DNA from: Vezdaea acicularis
Lineage: Eukaryota
NCBI GenBank assembly: GCA_026025075.1
Contig: JAPEUI010000028.1
Span: 1-64,000, forward strand
Length of the DNA: 64,000 nt
Direction of reading: 5' to 3'
Of the stretch, positions 63,693 to 64,000 are shown one piece after another (within the stretch, counting starts at the first letter, position 1; the number at the start of each line of letters is the position of its first letter). The translations under genes and the position numbers were made by a program. The notes beneath the pieces are model-generated. The model worked only from the letters and a program-made list of their open reading frames with translations, searched no databases and had not been told where the DNA came from.

Positions 63693-64000
63693 CTACATGT
63701 ACCTGCATCACAACATGAGTCAGCACAAGCGACACGACAACATAAAATTCGGGGATTAAGTATGGGCTTCTCTTACAAGGAAGCTACAGCAGTAACATCT
63801 CGCTTGATCATTTCCTGACACTCTTGCATTTTGGTGAAGAGCGTCGGGTCACCAACGATTCGCGCTGCGTTCTTGACTTCACGGCACGTCTCATCTAATC
63901 GGGTAATGACGCGAACGATAGTACCTTCTAGGACGTCTGTCAAGTCCGTAATGCGATTGAAGGACATGCCCCTTGCCCACTCATATACGACTTCAACAAG
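63693..64000 (-). CDS. SKI2: Ski2 RNA helicase, C-terminal (DSHCT) fragment; gene extends beyond the window
   Basis: [63 protein letters not shown], plus a terminal 10-nt exon (..YM*). Confidence 0.92.

Noticed and set aside
1..64000. Transposons, RIP-like AT-rich blocks, tRNA/rRNA genes, CRISPR arrays and TPP riboswitch
   Set aside because: No transposase or RT motifs, terminal repeats, cloverleaf or rRNA signatures, spaced repeats or TPP consensus were seen. Small degenerate elements could have been missed without tools.

Overview
Gene-dense, intron-rich DNA from a filamentous ascomycete (Pezizomycotina-type GT/GC-AG introns with CTRAC branch points). I found no transposon, tRNA, rRNA or CRISPR signal. 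About 28 protein-coding genes can be assembled by hand, mostly housekeeping: MscS channel, PLPBP, AP-2 alpha, metallothionein, TFB2, ACOT13-like thioesterase, Aquarius, THOC1, POL1, RPL7, SNF8, an LRR protein, RPL13, DPM3, SmgGDS/Bem4-like, COX16, CSM3, complex I 21 kDa subunit, MCP1, importin NMD5 and the SKI2 C-terminus. Several are micro-exon genes missing from, or only fragmentarily visible in, the ORF track. The best candidate for something new is a single 3-exon, ~1015-aa secreted protein (40643-43803, minus) with an AB-toxin-like layout: signal peptide, N-terminal domain, Cys-bracketed dibasic cleavage loop, Gly-rich hydrophobic helices and a beta/gamma-crystallin-like C-terminus. Also notable are a box C/D snoRNA (snR39B-like) in RPL7 intron 2, structured introns in RPL7, RPL13 and the thioesterase gene, and a 3 kb CpG-rich non-coding stretch with phased repeats and uORFs. 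All calls come from reading the sequence by eye; no database searches were run.
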